Shown one piece after another: positions 34,135 to 44,104 of a stretch of DNA of 46,530 nt. The number at the start of each line of letters is the position of its first letter. Within the stretch, counting starts at the first letter, position 1. The DNA lies in assembly GCA_029821265.1 (NCBI GenBank), contig JALGTR010000001.1, positions 1 to 46,530 of the forward strand. The letters run 5' to 3'. The stretch comes from Candidatus Zipacnadia bacterium. Its GTDB lineage: Bacteria; Armatimonadota; Zipacnadia; Zipacnadales; UBA5352. The notes under the pieces were generated by a model, which was not told the origin of the DNA, ran no database searches, and worked only from the letters and a program-made list of their open reading frames with translations. Position numbers and translations under genes: made by a program.

Positions 34135-37100
34135 TCAGGTGATATTGAAGTCGCCGTTGTGCACCTCGTAGTTGTACTCCTGCAGTGTCCTCACGTCGAG
34201 CTCGCCGCGCAGAAGCGCTTCCACGGCCAGCACGGCCACCGACGCCCCCGCGATGGTGGTGATGCACGGGATGCCATGCTGGGCGGCGCTGGCGCGGATC
34301 CGCCGCTCGTCGTCACGTGGCTGCGGGCCAGACGGGGTGTTGATGATCAGGTCCAACCGCTGCTGCTCCATCAGGTCGATCGCGTTGGGGCCACGCTCGT
34401 CGCTGAGCCGGTAGACCAGCTCCGCTTTGATGCCGCTACGCCGCAGGGCGCGCGCGGTCCCCTCGGTGGCCACGAGATCGAAGCCGAGCGTTTCAAGGTG
34501 CTTGGCGAGGAAGATGGCGTTACGCTTGTCTCGATTGCGCACGGAGATGAAGACGGTGCCGCGGGTCGGGAGGTTATGGCCGGCGGCGATGGACGCCTTT
34601 GCGAAGGCCGCGCCGAAGTTGCGGTCGATGCCCATGACCTCGCCGGTGCTCTTCATCTCCGGCCCGAGGATCGTATCCACCCCGTGGAAGCGGCTAAATG
34701 GGAAGACGGGGAACTTCACCGCGAAGTGGTTGACGTTGACCTCCTCGGTAAAGCCGATCTCCTCGAGCGTCTCCCCGACCATCACCCGGGCGGCGATCTT
34801 CGCGAGGGGCACGCCGATCGCCTTGGAGACGTAGGGGATGGTCCTGGAGGCCCGGGGGTTGGCCTCGAGCACGTACGCCTGCTCGTTGCGGATCGCGTAC
34901 TGAATGTTCAGCAGCCCGACCACGTTCAGCTCCGCGGCCAGCGCGCGGGTCTGCTCCATCAGATTCTCGACTTCGGCGTCGGAGAGGCTGAATGGGGGCA
35001 GGACGCAGGCCGAGTCGCCCGAGTGCACACCCGCCTCCTCGATATGCTCGAGGACGCCACCGATGACACAGCGCTCGCCATCGGAGACGGCATCCACATC
35101 GATCTCGATCGCGTCCTCGAGGAAGCGGTCGATCAGCACCGGATGCTCGGGCGAGGCCTCGACCGCAAGCTCCATGTAGCGCAGGAGCTGCTCCTCGTCA
35201 TAGCAGATCTGCATCGCGCGTCCGCCGAGAACGAAGCTTGGCCGGACGACCACCGGGTAGCCGATGCTCTTCGCGGCCTCCACTGCACCATCCACCGAGG
35301 TCGCGGTCGCTGCTTCGGCCATACGCAGGTCGAGGCGTTCGAGTGCCTGTTTGAAGAACTCGCGGTCCTCCGCCCGGGCGATGTCAGCGGGCGTGGTCCC
35401 GATGATCGGAACACCGTGCTCGCTGAGTCCCTCGGCGAGATTCAGCGGGGTCTGGCCGCCAAACTGGACGATGACCCCGTATGGCTGCTCCTTCTCGCAG
35501 ATGTTGAGGACGTCCTCAAGCGTCAGCGGCTCGAAGTACAGCTTGTCGGACGTGTCGTAGTCGGTGGATACCGTCTCAGGGTTTGTGTTGACGATGATCG
35601 CGTCGTAGCCCTGCTCGCGCAGCGCAAGCGCCGCATGCACGCAGCAGTAGTCGAACTCGATCCCCTGCCCGATACGGTTCGGACCGCCTCCGAGAATGAT
35701 GATATTCGGACGCTGGGATTTGCGGTGCTCGTCCTCATCCTCGTAGGTGAGGTAGAAGTAAGGTGTTGCGGCCTTGAACTCGGCGGCGCAGGTATCAACG
35801 AGCTTGACGACGGGCTGCACGTTGAGCTTTCGCCGCAGCTCGTGCACATCATGCTCGGTGACTCTGGTGAGAACCGCTATCTGCCGGTCGGAGAAACCCG
35901 CTCGCTTGTACTCGCGCAGCGTCTCGCGGGACATCTTCGCGATACTCGGCGCCTCACCCCTGTCAGGACCGGGGCCGTCGCCCGGCCGCCACTCGGCGAG
36001 GTCGTCCTGCATCTCCACGATCTCCGCCAGATTGCGCAGGAACCACGGGTCGATCATCGTTCGTTCGTGGAGTTGCTCGATCGTCGCGCCGCGCCGGAGA
36101 GCCGCTCGCAGCTCGAACAGGCGGTCGGGATGGGGGATCTCGATCAGATCCAGCAGCTTCTCGAGCGACAGGTCCTCGTAGCGTCCGCCCGCACCATCAG
36201 CGCCGAGGCCGTAGCGGCCGATCTCGAGCGATCGGATCGCCTTCTGCAGGCTCTCCTTGAAGGTCCGCCCGATGGCCATGGCCTCGCCGACAGACTTCAT
36301 GTGTGTGGTGAGCCGCTCCTCGGCGCCCGGGAACTTCTCGAATGTCCAGCGCGGTATCTTGGTCACCACATAGTCGATCGTCGGCTCAAAGCACGCCGGC
36401 GTCTCCTCGGTGATGTCGTTGGGCAGCTCGTCGAGGGTGTATCCCACCGCCAGCTTGGCCGCGATCTTCGCAATCGGGAAGCCAGTGGCCTTCGAGGCGA
36501 GCGCGGACGAGCGGCTCACCCGCGGATTCATCTCGATCAGCACGACCTCGCCATCCTCGGGATTGATGGCGAACTGGATGTTGCTGCCGCCGGTGTCAAC
36601 GCCGACCTCACGGATGCACTTGAGCGCCATGTCCCGCAGAAGCTGATACTCGGGCTGGCTGAGCGTCTGCGTGGGCGCGACGGTGATGGAGTCGCCGGTG
36701 TGAACGCCCATGGGATCGAAGTTCTCGATGGCGCAGACGACCACCACGTTGTCCGCGGTGTCGCGCATCACCTCATACTCGATCTCCTTCCAGCCCACCA
36801 CGGACTTCTCGATGAGGACCTCATTCATGGGGCTGGCGTCGATACCGCGCAGGACCATCTCGTCGATCTGATCCTCCGCGTTGATCTGCCCTCCACCGAT
36901 GCCGCCGAGTGTGGCGGACGGCCTCACAACAACCGGCAGGCCGATGCGGTCAATGATCCGCCGCGCTTCCCTGAGATCCGTCGCGGTTGCGCTCTCGGGC
37001 ATCGGGAGGCCGGCCGCGGCCATGACGTCCTTGAACAGCTCGCGGTCCTCGGCTTTCTTGATGGCCTTGCGCGTCGCGCCGATCAGCTCGACGTTGTGCC

Positions 37101-37428
37101 GTGAGAGCACTCCGTTCTCCGATAGCTCGAGTGCCACGTTGAGGCCCGTCTGGCCGCCGAGGGTAGGCAGCAGCGCATCGGGCTTCTCGCGCGCGATGAT
37201 GCGGGCGACCGTATCGGTGGTGATCGGCTCGATATAGGTGCGGTCGGCCATCTCGGGATCGGTCATAATCGTCGCGGGATTGGAGTTGACGAGAGTGACC
37301 TCAAAGCCCTCTTCCATGAGCGCCTTGCAAGCCTGGGTCCCGGAGTAATCGAACTCACAGGCCTGGCCGATGACGATGGGCCCCGAGCCGATGATCATGA
37401 TCTTGTGCAGGTCGTCGCGCCTGGGCAT
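34135..37428 (-). CDS. carB: Carbamoyl-phosphate synthase, large subunit
   Basis: Start is [30 protein letters not shown] at ATG 37428, after GGAGG. Has duplicated ATP-grasp halves and a C-terminal MGS-like domain. It is colinear with CarB over ~1097 aa. Confidence 0.97.
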   Translation of the reverse strand: MPRRDDLHKIMIIGSGPIVIGQACEFDYSGTQACKALMEEGFEVTLVNSNPATIMTDPEMADRTYIEPITTDTVARIIAREKPDALLPTLGGQTGLNVALELSENGVLSRHNVELIGATRKAIKKAEDRELFKDVMAAAGLPMPESATATDLREARRIIDRIGLPVVVRPSATLGGIGGGQINAEDQIDEMVLRGIDASPMNEVLIEKSVVGWKEIEYEVMRDTADNVVVVCAIENFDPMGVHTGDSITVAPTQTLSQPEYQLLRDMALKCIREVGVDTGGSNIQFAINPEDGEVVLIEMNPRVSRSSALASKATGFPIAKIAAKLAVGYTLDELPNDITEETPACFEPTIDYVVTKIPRWTFEKFPGAEERLTTHMKSVGEAMAIGRTFKESLQKAIRSLEIGRYGLGADGAGGRYEDLSLEKLLDLIEIPHPDRLFELRAALRRGATIEQLHERTMIDPWFLRNLAEIVEMQDDLAEWRPGDGPGPDRGEAPSIAKMSRETLREYKRAGFSDRQIAVLTRVTEHDVHELRRKLNVQPVVKLVDTCAAEFKAATPYFYLTYEDEDEHRKSQRPNIIILGGGPNRIGQGIEFDYCCVHAALALREQGYDAIIVNTNPETVSTDYDTSDKLYFEPLTLEDVLNICEKEQPYGVIVQFGGQTPLNLAEGLSEHGVPIIGTTPADIARAEDREFFKQALERLDLRMAEAATATSVDGAVEAAKSIGYPVVVRPSFVLGGRAMQICYDEEQLLRYMELAVEASPEHPVLIDRFLEDAIEIDVDAVSDGERCVIGGVLEHIEEAGVHSGDSACVLPPFSLSDAEVENLMEQTRALAAELNVVGLLNIQYAIRNEQAYVLEANPRASRTIPYVSKAIGVPLAKIAARVMVGETLEEIGFTEEVNVNHFAVKFPVFPFSRFHGVDTILGPEMKSTGEVMGIDRNFGAAFAKASIAAGHNLPTRGTVFISVRNRDKRNAIFLAKHLETLGFDLVATEGTARALRRSGIKAELVYRLSDERGPNAIDLMEQQRLDLIINTPSGPQPRDDERRIRASAAQHGIPCITTIAGASVAVLAVEALLRGELDVRTLQEYNYEVHNGDFNIT

Positions 37429-37527
37429 ACGTCCTCCCATCCACTGCCGATGAGGGCAGACAATGCTCGTGGTTGTGCGTGCGGTTGGTCCTGCCTCGCC
37501 GCCCTGCGGCGAGTGCGCCAAAAAGAA

Positions 37528-37545
37528 CCCCGCCCGAGGGCGGGG
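37528..37545 (-). terminator. Intrinsic-terminator-like hairpin immediately after carA, upstream of carB
   Basis: The minus strand reads CCCCGCCC-TC-GGGCGGGG followed by TTCTTTTTGG. This is a perfect 8-bp GC stem plus a U-rich tract, beginning 5 nt after the carA stop. Confidence 0.5.
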
Positions 37546-37549
37546 ATTG

Positions 37550-38752
37550 TCAGCCGATCATCCGTTCCTTCATCTGGTCGATGAAGATGTCGAACAGGTA
37601 GTGTGAATCATGCGGGCCCGGCCCGGCCTCCGGGTGGTACTGAACGGAGAAGATCGGCAGCTTCGTGTGCCGCATCCCCTCCAGAGAGTTGTCGTTGAGG
37701 TTGATATGAGTGATCTCGACCTCATCGGGAAGCGTGTCCGGGTCAACGCAGTAGCCGTGGTTCTGCGTGGTGATCTCTACCTCACCCGTCTCGAGACGCT
37801 TCACCGGATGGTTGCAGCCCCTGTGCCCGTACTTGAGCTTGTACGTCTGGCCCCCATAGGCGTGTCCGAGCAGCTGCTGGCCGAGGCAGATTCCGAAGAT
37901 CGGGATCTCCTCTTCCATCAGTCTGCGGATCTCGTCGATGACGTATCCAAGCGCCGCGGGATCGCCGGGGCCGTTGGAGATCACGATACCATCCGGTTCC
38001 CACTCGAGTATCCTCTCGGCGCTGGTCGTGCACGGAGTGACGATGACCTCGCAGCGACGCTGCACCAGGTGGCGCAGGATGTTCTGCTTCACGCCGCAGT
38101 CGATCACAACAACGCGGAAGCCGAACCACAGATCATCGGCGTCGAGGTATCCGACCGGGGAGATCGGCTTCCCGCCGTAGGGCATGAAGGCGCGGGGGAA
38201 GTCATCATCCTCCTCCTCGATGTAGCCGCTGGGGCCCCAGCGCCGCGGGGAATCGAACGCGACCTCCCGCACCAGATCCCGTCCGCTCAGTGGAGGCAGC
38301 TCGCCGGCTCTGGCGACGAGCGATTCAGGGTCGAGGTCCTCGGTCGAGATGATACCCATCTGCCAGCCGTGGTCTCGCAGGTGTGAGGCGAGCTTGCGGG
38401 TGTCGACCCCCGTGATGCCCACGATCCCGTTGTTGCGCAGGAACTCGCCGAGGCTGCGGTCGGAGCGCCAGTTCGACGGATGCTCGTTGTGCTCGCGAAC
38501 GACGAAGCCTTCGAGCCAGGGGCGCCACGACTCCATGTCCTCCGGGTTGATTCCGTAGTTGCCGATCTCGGGATAGGTCATGGTGACTATCTGGCCGCGG
38601 TAGGATGGGTCGGTGAGGACCTCCTGATATCCGACCATGCCAGTGTTGAAGCAGATCTCACCACTGGCCTCGCCCTCAGCACCGAAGTTCGTTCCGTGGA
38701 AGACCGTACCATCCGCCAGCGCCAGTACAGCGGGGCGTCGTGCGTGGCCCAT
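37550..38752 (-). CDS. carA: Carbamoyl-phosphate synthase, small (glutaminase) subunit
   Basis: 400 aa. Has [30 protein letters not shown] and a class I GATase triad region ([15 protein letters not shown]). GAGGTG lies 5 nt upstream of ATG 38752. Confidence 0.96.
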   Translation of the reverse strand: MGHARRPAVLALADGTVFHGTNFGAEGEASGEICFNTGMVGYQEVLTDPSYRGQIVTMTYPEIGNYGINPEDMESWRPWLEGFVVREHNEHPSNWRSDRSLGEFLRNNGIVGITGVDTRKLASHLRDHGWQMGIISTEDLDPESLVARAGELPPLSGRDLVREVAFDSPRRWGPSGYIEEEDDDFPRAFMPYGGKPISPVGYLDADDLWFGFRVVVIDCGVKQNILRHLVQRRCEVIVTPCTTSAERILEWEPDGIVISNGPGDPAALGYVIDEIRRLMEEEIPIFGICLGQQLLGHAYGGQTYKLKYGHRGCNHPVKRLETGEVEITTQNHGYCVDPDTLPDEVEITHINLNDNSLEGMRHTKLPIFSVQYHPEAGPGPHDSHYLFDIFIDQMKERMIG

Positions 38753-38991
38753 CTACTCACCTCGTGAGGCAGTGTCATGACCGCGCGTCGCATCGGCTGC
38801 GCGGCCATCCTTCGATGCATTATGCCACAACCGCCGCCCTGGTGCAACGTTGTTGAGCAGCGTGTCAGCAGTGCAGGGCGTATTGCTCGCAAGAGCCGGA
38901 CGTATACCCCGAGATGTGGCTCCGGATAGGCCGGAGTTTCGTCTGCAGGGAGGGAGCGGAACATCGCTGCTCGAATCAGAGTCTAACACAG

Positions 38992-40305
38992 ATGCAGGAG
39001 TCATCCCGGGCCGATGGGCCCTATGAACAGGACTGTGGTAACGTGTCGAAGCTGAAGATCGCGGTGATCATTGCAGGAACTGTCGTGGCGTCCATTGCCA
39101 TGGCCCAGGACTACGCAAATATAACGCTGGCTGGTGAGGTGGTGGCGCGCGTTCGTACCGCCGGTCCCTACGGCTCTCTTTACGGGCGCCAGGCAAAGAT
39201 CGACCAGCGTATCGTCGAGGCGCTCAGCAGCGAGCTTGATAACATCTTCGATCAGGAGGCGGATGGTCCCGATCTCGACGTGAACCAGGTTGATGGACGC
39301 TGGACGCTGAGCATCGGCAACGTGATGCTAATCCAGGCCTGGCCGGAAGACGCTGCGCCCTACGGGGTGAGCACCCGCGAACTCGTCTATCAGTGGCGCG
39401 AGAACTTCCGCCGCCAGCTTCCAAAGGCCGTCTCACCGATCAAGGTCCCGGAGTGGTGGAAAGAGGCGCATCCCGAAGCGCTGCCGGAGATCGAGAAGAA
39501 GCCGCACGGGATGCCGCCGGAGGACGCAGTTCTCGTCCGCGAGGTCGTCGCGTTGCTCGATGAGGCCCGCGAGATGCCCGCGGATGACTTCGAGCGCCTC
39601 GCCCCGGTGATCGAAGAGACCATCATCGAGCGGATCTGGACGTATCGACATCCGCAGTGCGGCCCGACGCCGCTTAAGCATTACGTTCGTGTCAGTAACG
39701 CGCTTGAGCGCGTGCGGGCGACGAGCGAGCAGCAGCACGAGGCGGAGAAATGGTACATTGCCGGCGTCATCATCAGGGCGGTCCGCCAGAAGCTGCAGAT
39801 GCCGGCGGGCGTAGGCGATCCGCCGCACCAGAGGCCCGTGCCTGAGTGGGATGAACTGCCGGCGCCTCAGCCCGCCGAGCCCGAGGCGCCGGCCACGCCT
39901 GCAGCGCCGGCGGCTCCGTCCGAGCCTGAGCAGCCCACGCAGCCTCCGGCCCCGCCCACCTTTGGCGCGTTCTCGGCTCCGATCCATCGGGCGGTGCTCG
40001 CGGCCGGCCTCGACGAGAGCCAGCGGCTCCTCGGTGTCGGCTCGGTCTTCGCCCCCGGTACCGATCGGCTTGTCGTCTACCTTGACGTCCGAGGCGCCGC
40101 CGAGAACACGGTCATCACCGTGGCCCTGCGGCACGGAGACGAGATCGTCGGTCAGCGACGAACCTGCGTCGAGGGCGACATCAGGCTGGCGGTCATCTTC
40201 TCTCCCGGCGGCGACCCGGCGTCGTTCGCCTCCGGCGACTACGTCTGCGAACTCGCGGTGAACGGTCAAAGCGGCGGGACGATACCGTTTCAGGTTGGGA
40301 GCTGA
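38992..40305 (+). CDS. Secreted hypothetical protein with a Pro/Ala/Glu-rich linker
   Basis: Signal-peptide-like KLKIAVIIAGTVVASIAMAQD. A central linker PAPQPAEPEAPATPAAPAAPSEPEQPTQPPAPP separates two domains. I recognise no family. The start is either ATG 38992 or GTG 39043. Confidence 0.6.
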   Translation: MQESSRADGPYEQDCGNVSKLKIAVIIAGTVVASIAMAQDYANITLAGEVVARVRTAGPYGSLYGRQAKIDQRIVEALSSELDNIFDQEADGPDLDVNQVDGRWTLSIGNVMLIQAWPEDAAPYGVSTRELVYQWRENFRRQLPKAVSPIKVPEWWKEAHPEALPEIEKKPHGMPPEDAVLVREVVALLDEAREMPADDFERLAPVIEETIIERIWTYRHPQCGPTPLKHYVRVSNALERVRATSEQQHEAEKWYIAGVIIRAVRQKLQMPAGVGDPPHQRPVPEWDELPAPQPAEPEAPATPAAPAAPSEPEQPTQPPAPPTFGAFSAPIHRAVLAAGLDESQRLLGVGSVFAPGTDRLVVYLDVRGAAENTVITVALRHGDEIVGQRRTCVEGDIRLAVIFSPGGDPASFASGDYVCELAVNGQSGGTIPFQVGS

Positions 40306-40507
40306 CGGCTAAACTGAATACAGGAGGGCCATCGCTCAGCGATGGTCGGGGGCATGCGCGGCCGGTGGGTCTGCGCGAAGAAGCCATCCTGGTGGCGGGC
40401 CGGAAGGCGCGGCTTTCCGGTCCTCCACAGGAGCGCGAGACGTTGCCTCAAAACCTTGGCGGATGGCGACGGACCCGCCGGAGTGAAGGCTCCATGGAGG
40501 TGGGTCC

Positions 40508-41419
40508 ATGCCGGACAAGCTCGCAGCACTGAGGAATCTCCTCGCCGCATCTCGCTACGGAGCGATTGATAATCGCGCGAAGATCAGGCTTGAGCATCTC
40601 GATCCGCGTGCGGTGGCCGGCTGGGTGTACTGGAAGCTGTCGCAGCGCGAGTTCACCGATATCGAGCCGGGTGACATACGCCGCATTCAGCTTCTTCCGG
40701 ACGAGAATGCCCTGTTGATCACTGGTGAACCGATGGCTCTGGATCGTATCCAGGTGCTCATAGAGAGCATCGATGTCCCGCAGGCGGCGAAGATCTCCCT
40801 CTCCTGTGTCTCCGTGCGCACCTCCCAGCCGCAGCGGCTCCTCTGTCAGCCGAGGTCGCCGAACCTCGTGCAGATGCCCGACGGCACTGAGTTTGATCCT
40901 GCGGCGGAGGAGCTGGACGTGGGCAAGCTCTGTCCGGTCGCCCCGGACTACGCCGACGAGTGCATCGTCGTGGTCAACCCCTACGTGGACACCGATGAGC
41001 TCGACAGGATGCTGGAAGAGGGCGTGGCGGATATGCCGTGGGAGCCGCGCCTCGCCGAGCGCAGGGGGCTTGGAGGAACGGTCACCTTCCAGTGCGAACA
41101 CACCATGCCCTCTGGCATACCGGGCCTGCGGCTGGCGGCACTTGTGGGCCAGATGGGCCTGATCACGGTGCAGGTGAGCCTGCGCTGCTCGGGCGAAGGG
41201 CGAATGGCCGAGACCTCAGCGACCGTCCAGTACGTTGCGTTTCCCGGCCAGACGGTCGCGGTCGGAGTGATACCTCGCGTGGGGACGGTCAAGGAGATGC
41301 CCGTGCTGCTGGTCACCGCTGACACGGTCGATCGTCACGCTCGGAGGCGGGCGCACCGCCTGGCCGGTGAGCACACCCGCGGTCTTCGCCGCACCCCTGT
41401 GCCGACGCGGGAGGACTGA
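40508..41419 (+). CDS. Hypothetical protein with one secretin-N (N1)-like module; no signal peptide and no secretin barrel
   Basis: GGAGGTG lies 6 nt upstream of ATG 40508. IRRIQLLPDENALLITGEPMALDRIQVLIESIDVPQAAKISLSCVSV resembles the secretin N-domain pattern (v..d.rtN.liv.g.p..l..i..li..lD.p..qv.ie). The rest is unrecognised. Confidence 0.5.
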   Translation: MPDKLAALRNLLAASRYGAIDNRAKIRLEHLDPRAVAGWVYWKLSQREFTDIEPGDIRRIQLLPDENALLITGEPMALDRIQVLIESIDVPQAAKISLSCVSVRTSQPQRLLCQPRSPNLVQMPDGTEFDPAAEELDVGKLCPVAPDYADECIVVVNPYVDTDELDRMLEEGVADMPWEPRLAERRGLGGTVTFQCEHTMPSGIPGLRLAALVGQMGLITVQVSLRCSGEGRMAETSATVQYVAFPGQTVAVGVIPRVGTVKEMPVLLVTADTVDRHARRRAHRLAGEHTRGLRRTPVPTRED

Positions 41420-41465
41420 GATCCACGGGTGGATCGAGACGCCGTCACCGGATCGCCTCCGGGGC

Positions 41466-42686
41466 CTATAGCCGCTGCTCGGCGTAGCGATTGAGCACGA
41501 GTGAGGCGACCCCGCAGGCGATGAATACCACGCCGAAGATGCCGAACGTCACTGCGACGCTCTCCGCCCGAAGGCCGAGAATCCCGCCCGCAACGGTCGC
41601 GACGACGACGCCAAGATCGCGCCACGTGAACATGGCTCCGTAGGTCAGCGGACGCCGCTTCTGCTCGGCGGAGCTGCCGATCAGCGCCGTGCTCACGACC
41701 GGCACCGCGCCGTTGAGCAGACCCAGCGTCAGGGCGGTGGCCGCAAGGCCGAGCGGGTGCTCCACCAGCAGGGGCACGGCCATTCCCGCCGCTCCCCCGA
41801 AGAAGCCGATCGCCAGCACTGTCCCGTGGCTGAGCCGCTCGCTCAGCAGCCCCGAGGCGAAGCTCAGGACCATGCGCGCGAATGGGTAGAAGAATGCGGT
41901 GATCCAGACCCACTGCGCCCCATGCGCGTTCTCGACGAAATCGGTGAAACGTCCCAGCACGAAGCCGAACGCGAGCGAGGCTGCGAAGAGCAGGAAGGCG
42001 GCGATCTGGGCCTTCTTGCGGGACATGATCTCCATCAGGGCCGACCACGTCGGCAGCTCGGGCAACGGTTCCTCGGGGCGCGGCAGAAAGAGCATGATGA
42101 CAAAGCCCGTCAACGCGAAGGTGAATGCCGCCACGTAGAGCAGCCACGGCAGGCCCGCGGCCTGCCCGTAGCTGAAGACGTTGCCGAGCACGATGACTCC
42201 CAGCGCCCAGCCGAGGTGCGTCGCGGCGTAGAGCACGCCCATCCCCGTCCCATGACGCTGCGCGCGGTCGGAGAGCGCCAGTACCTGCATCGTCGTGCCC
42301 ATCCACATCGCAGCGCCGCCCCATCCCCAGATCGCCGCCGCAAGCAGCGCCAGCGGATAGCTGGGGACGAAGTACAGGCCGAGCATCGCGAGAGGGAAGA
42401 AGACGTACATCGCGCCGCCGACCACGCTGCACATCCACTGCGGCCATGATCGCAGCAGGTAGACGTTGCCGAGGCGGAAGATGGTCATCGAGAAGTACAC
42501 GGTGGCGATCACAAGCGCTCGCTGCAGCTCATCCCACCCGGTGAACTCCTGCAGGTAGGGCAGCAGAAACGCCTGCTGCGCCCCGGTGCCGAGGAAGATG
42601 AAGAAGAACGCGCTCGACAGAAGCAGAACGTGCGCCCGCGTTGACAGGCCGCTGTTGCGATCGGAATCGGTGCTCGTTTCAGACAA
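41466..42686 (-). CDS. MFS transporter
   Basis: 406 aa with about 12 hydrophobic helices in a 6+6 arrangement around a central loop (PRPEEPLPELPTWSALMEIMSRKK). TTG 42686 lies 8 nt after AAGGAG, and there is no in-frame ATG or GTG near the N-terminus. Confidence 0.82.
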   Translation of the reverse strand: MSETSTDSDRNSGLSTRAHVLLLSSAFFFIFLGTGAQQAFLLPYLQEFTGWDELQRALVIATVYFSMTIFRLGNVYLLRSWPQWMCSVVGGAMYVFFPLAMLGLYFVPSYPLALLAAAIWGWGGAAMWMGTTMQVLALSDRAQRHGTGMGVLYAATHLGWALGVIVLGNVFSYGQAAGLPWLLYVAAFTFALTGFVIMLFLPRPEEPLPELPTWSALMEIMSRKKAQIAAFLLFAASLAFGFVLGRFTDFVENAHGAQWVWITAFFYPFARMVLSFASGLLSERLSHGTVLAIGFFGGAAGMAVPLLVEHPLGLAATALTLGLLNGAVPVVSTALIGSSAEQKRRPLTYGAMFTWRDLGVVVATVAGGILGLRAESVAVTFGIFGVVFIACGVASLVLNRYAEQRL

Positions 42687-42742
42687 AAGCGCAGCTCCTT
42701 ACGCTCGTTCGCTCGAATCAGGCTGGATCGATCGACGCGGCC

Positions 42743-44086
42743 TCAGTCCGTGCGCTCCCGGCCACTCCAGAACTCCGCGTAGAGCGCCTTCACCGCGTCG
42801 AATGTCTCACTGCCCTCGCGCTTGTTCAGACAATATGTCACGACGCCCTCGGCGATGCCGTCCTCAACCATGCCGAGGCACATCTTCACGCGCCGGGCGA
42901 TGTTCTCGGGCGTGCCCTTCTCACCCCAGCGGTTCTCATACTCGCCTGACTGCCCCGACGGCATAAGGATCACCGGGAGGTCGCGGCTGCCATCCCCGCG
43001 CTGGCCCTCCTGAAGCTCGATCTCGAACCGACCCTTGCGGTGAATGCGCCACGCATCGGCTGAGCCGAAGTCACTCAGTCGCAGGCCGTCCGCTCTGAGG
43101 GCCGAGAAACTGACCGTCACCGGGAACTGCCCGACCCCCTGCCGGTCCGCGATCCCGAACGCTATCTCGGCTTGCCGACGGCCGCGGACGTGCCGGGCGA
43201 GCTCCAGCGTCACCGAGCCCTCGTCGTGCTCCGCTACGTCACGCTCCCAGACCACGTTGCCGTTGACGCGCACCTGCATGAAGTGATAGCCGGCAGTGGC
43301 CCCCCCGAAGTCGTCAGCGTACCTGAATCGCAGTCGGGCTCTCCGCGCGTCGGTCACCCGCGCCGTCTGCTTCGCGAAGCCGAAATCGCCGGCCTTCGAC
43401 GGCGTCCATGAGGGGAAGCTGACGGTGAGGCGGTCCGGCAGCTCCCAGGTATTGTTCAGGTAAGGCAGCGCGCTGACTACCGTCTGCCGGTCCTTCGGGT
43501 ATGCTGCGACCACACCGTCGATGATCGGCGCGATCGTCATGGCGAACTCGGGCCCGATCTGCCCCACGGTGGGGTACATCAGCGCGTAGAACTTGATCTC
43601 CGGGTTGACCGCCCTCCCCGCGTCCACCATCTCTTGAATGTACTCGGGCGTAAACCACCGGGCGTTCACGTTCCCCCAGAAGTCGTCGATGACATAGCCC
43701 ACGAGGTTGTCATACTCCAGTGACAGCTTTGCGATCTCCTCGGCCCAGCGCACGTAGTCAAGGCGGAACGGCTCCGAGTACGGAAAGCCTCGCTCGGGAT
43801 GCAGCGCGGAGGTCTCCGAGGGCGGCACGAGGTAGGCCCAGACGGTGATGCCGGCCTCGCGCGCGAGGGGCAAGAAGTCGTGCAGGTCGTCCCAGTCATT
43901 CTCGTTGTGCCACATCAGCCACATGTACGTGTTGGCGTTGAGCTCCTGCAGCCGCTGCAGCATTAGGTCATTGTCGACATGCTCCCCGTCCCGTAGCTCG
44001 GCGTCGTAGTCCCCGATGTATGGCTGCGCGGCCGCCGGCGCAGCCAGCGTTACGGTCAGCGCGGCGAACAGACCGATTGTGCGCAT
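42743..44086 (-). CDS. Secreted hypothetical protein, N-terminal TIM-barrel glycoside-hydrolase-like region
   Basis: Signal peptide MRTIGLFAALTVTLAAPAAAQP. AAGGAG lies upstream of ATG 44086. Segments NANTYMWLMWHNENDWDD, GITVWAYLVPPSE and GYVIDDFWGN resemble beta-strand-end acidic and aromatic motifs of GH-like barrels. The family is not identified. Confidence 0.65.
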   Translation of the reverse strand: MRTIGLFAALTVTLAAPAAAQPYIGDYDAELRDGEHVDNDLMLQRLQELNANTYMWLMWHNENDWDDLHDFLPLAREAGITVWAYLVPPSETSALHPERGFPYSEPFRLDYVRWAEEIAKLSLEYDNLVGYVIDDFWGNVNARWFTPEYIQEMVDAGRAVNPEIKFYALMYPTVGQIGPEFAMTIAPIIDGVVAAYPKDRQTVVSALPYLNNTWELPDRLTVSFPSWTPSKAGDFGFAKQTARVTDARRARLRFRYADDFGGATAGYHFMQVRVNGNVVWERDVAEHDEGSVTLELARHVRGRRQAEIAFGIADRQGVGQFPVTVSFSALRADGLRLSDFGSADAWRIHRKGRFEIELQEGQRGDGSRDLPVILMPSGQSGEYENRWGEKGTPENIARRVKMCLGMVEDGIAEGVVTYCLNKREGSETFDAVKALYAEFWSGRERTD

Positions 44087-44104
44087 GGCGATGGCTCCTT
44101 CCTG

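Noticed and set aside
34135-34137. Possible programmed TGA readthrough fusing carB to the S8 peptidase (same frame, no intervening stop for 145 codons)
   Set aside because: A cytoplasmic CarB fused to an exported PEP-CTERM protease makes no biological sense. Frame identity has a 1-in-3 chance, and long open frames are expected at this GC content. The first ~60 codons after the stop do not look coding. The observation is kept only as part of the missing-start finding.
33568-37104. 1178-aa plus-strand ORF
   Set aside because: It is exactly antisense to carB, which is unambiguous. The translation is low-complexity (RLLDHVGE-type runs). It is a GC-driven shadow ORF.
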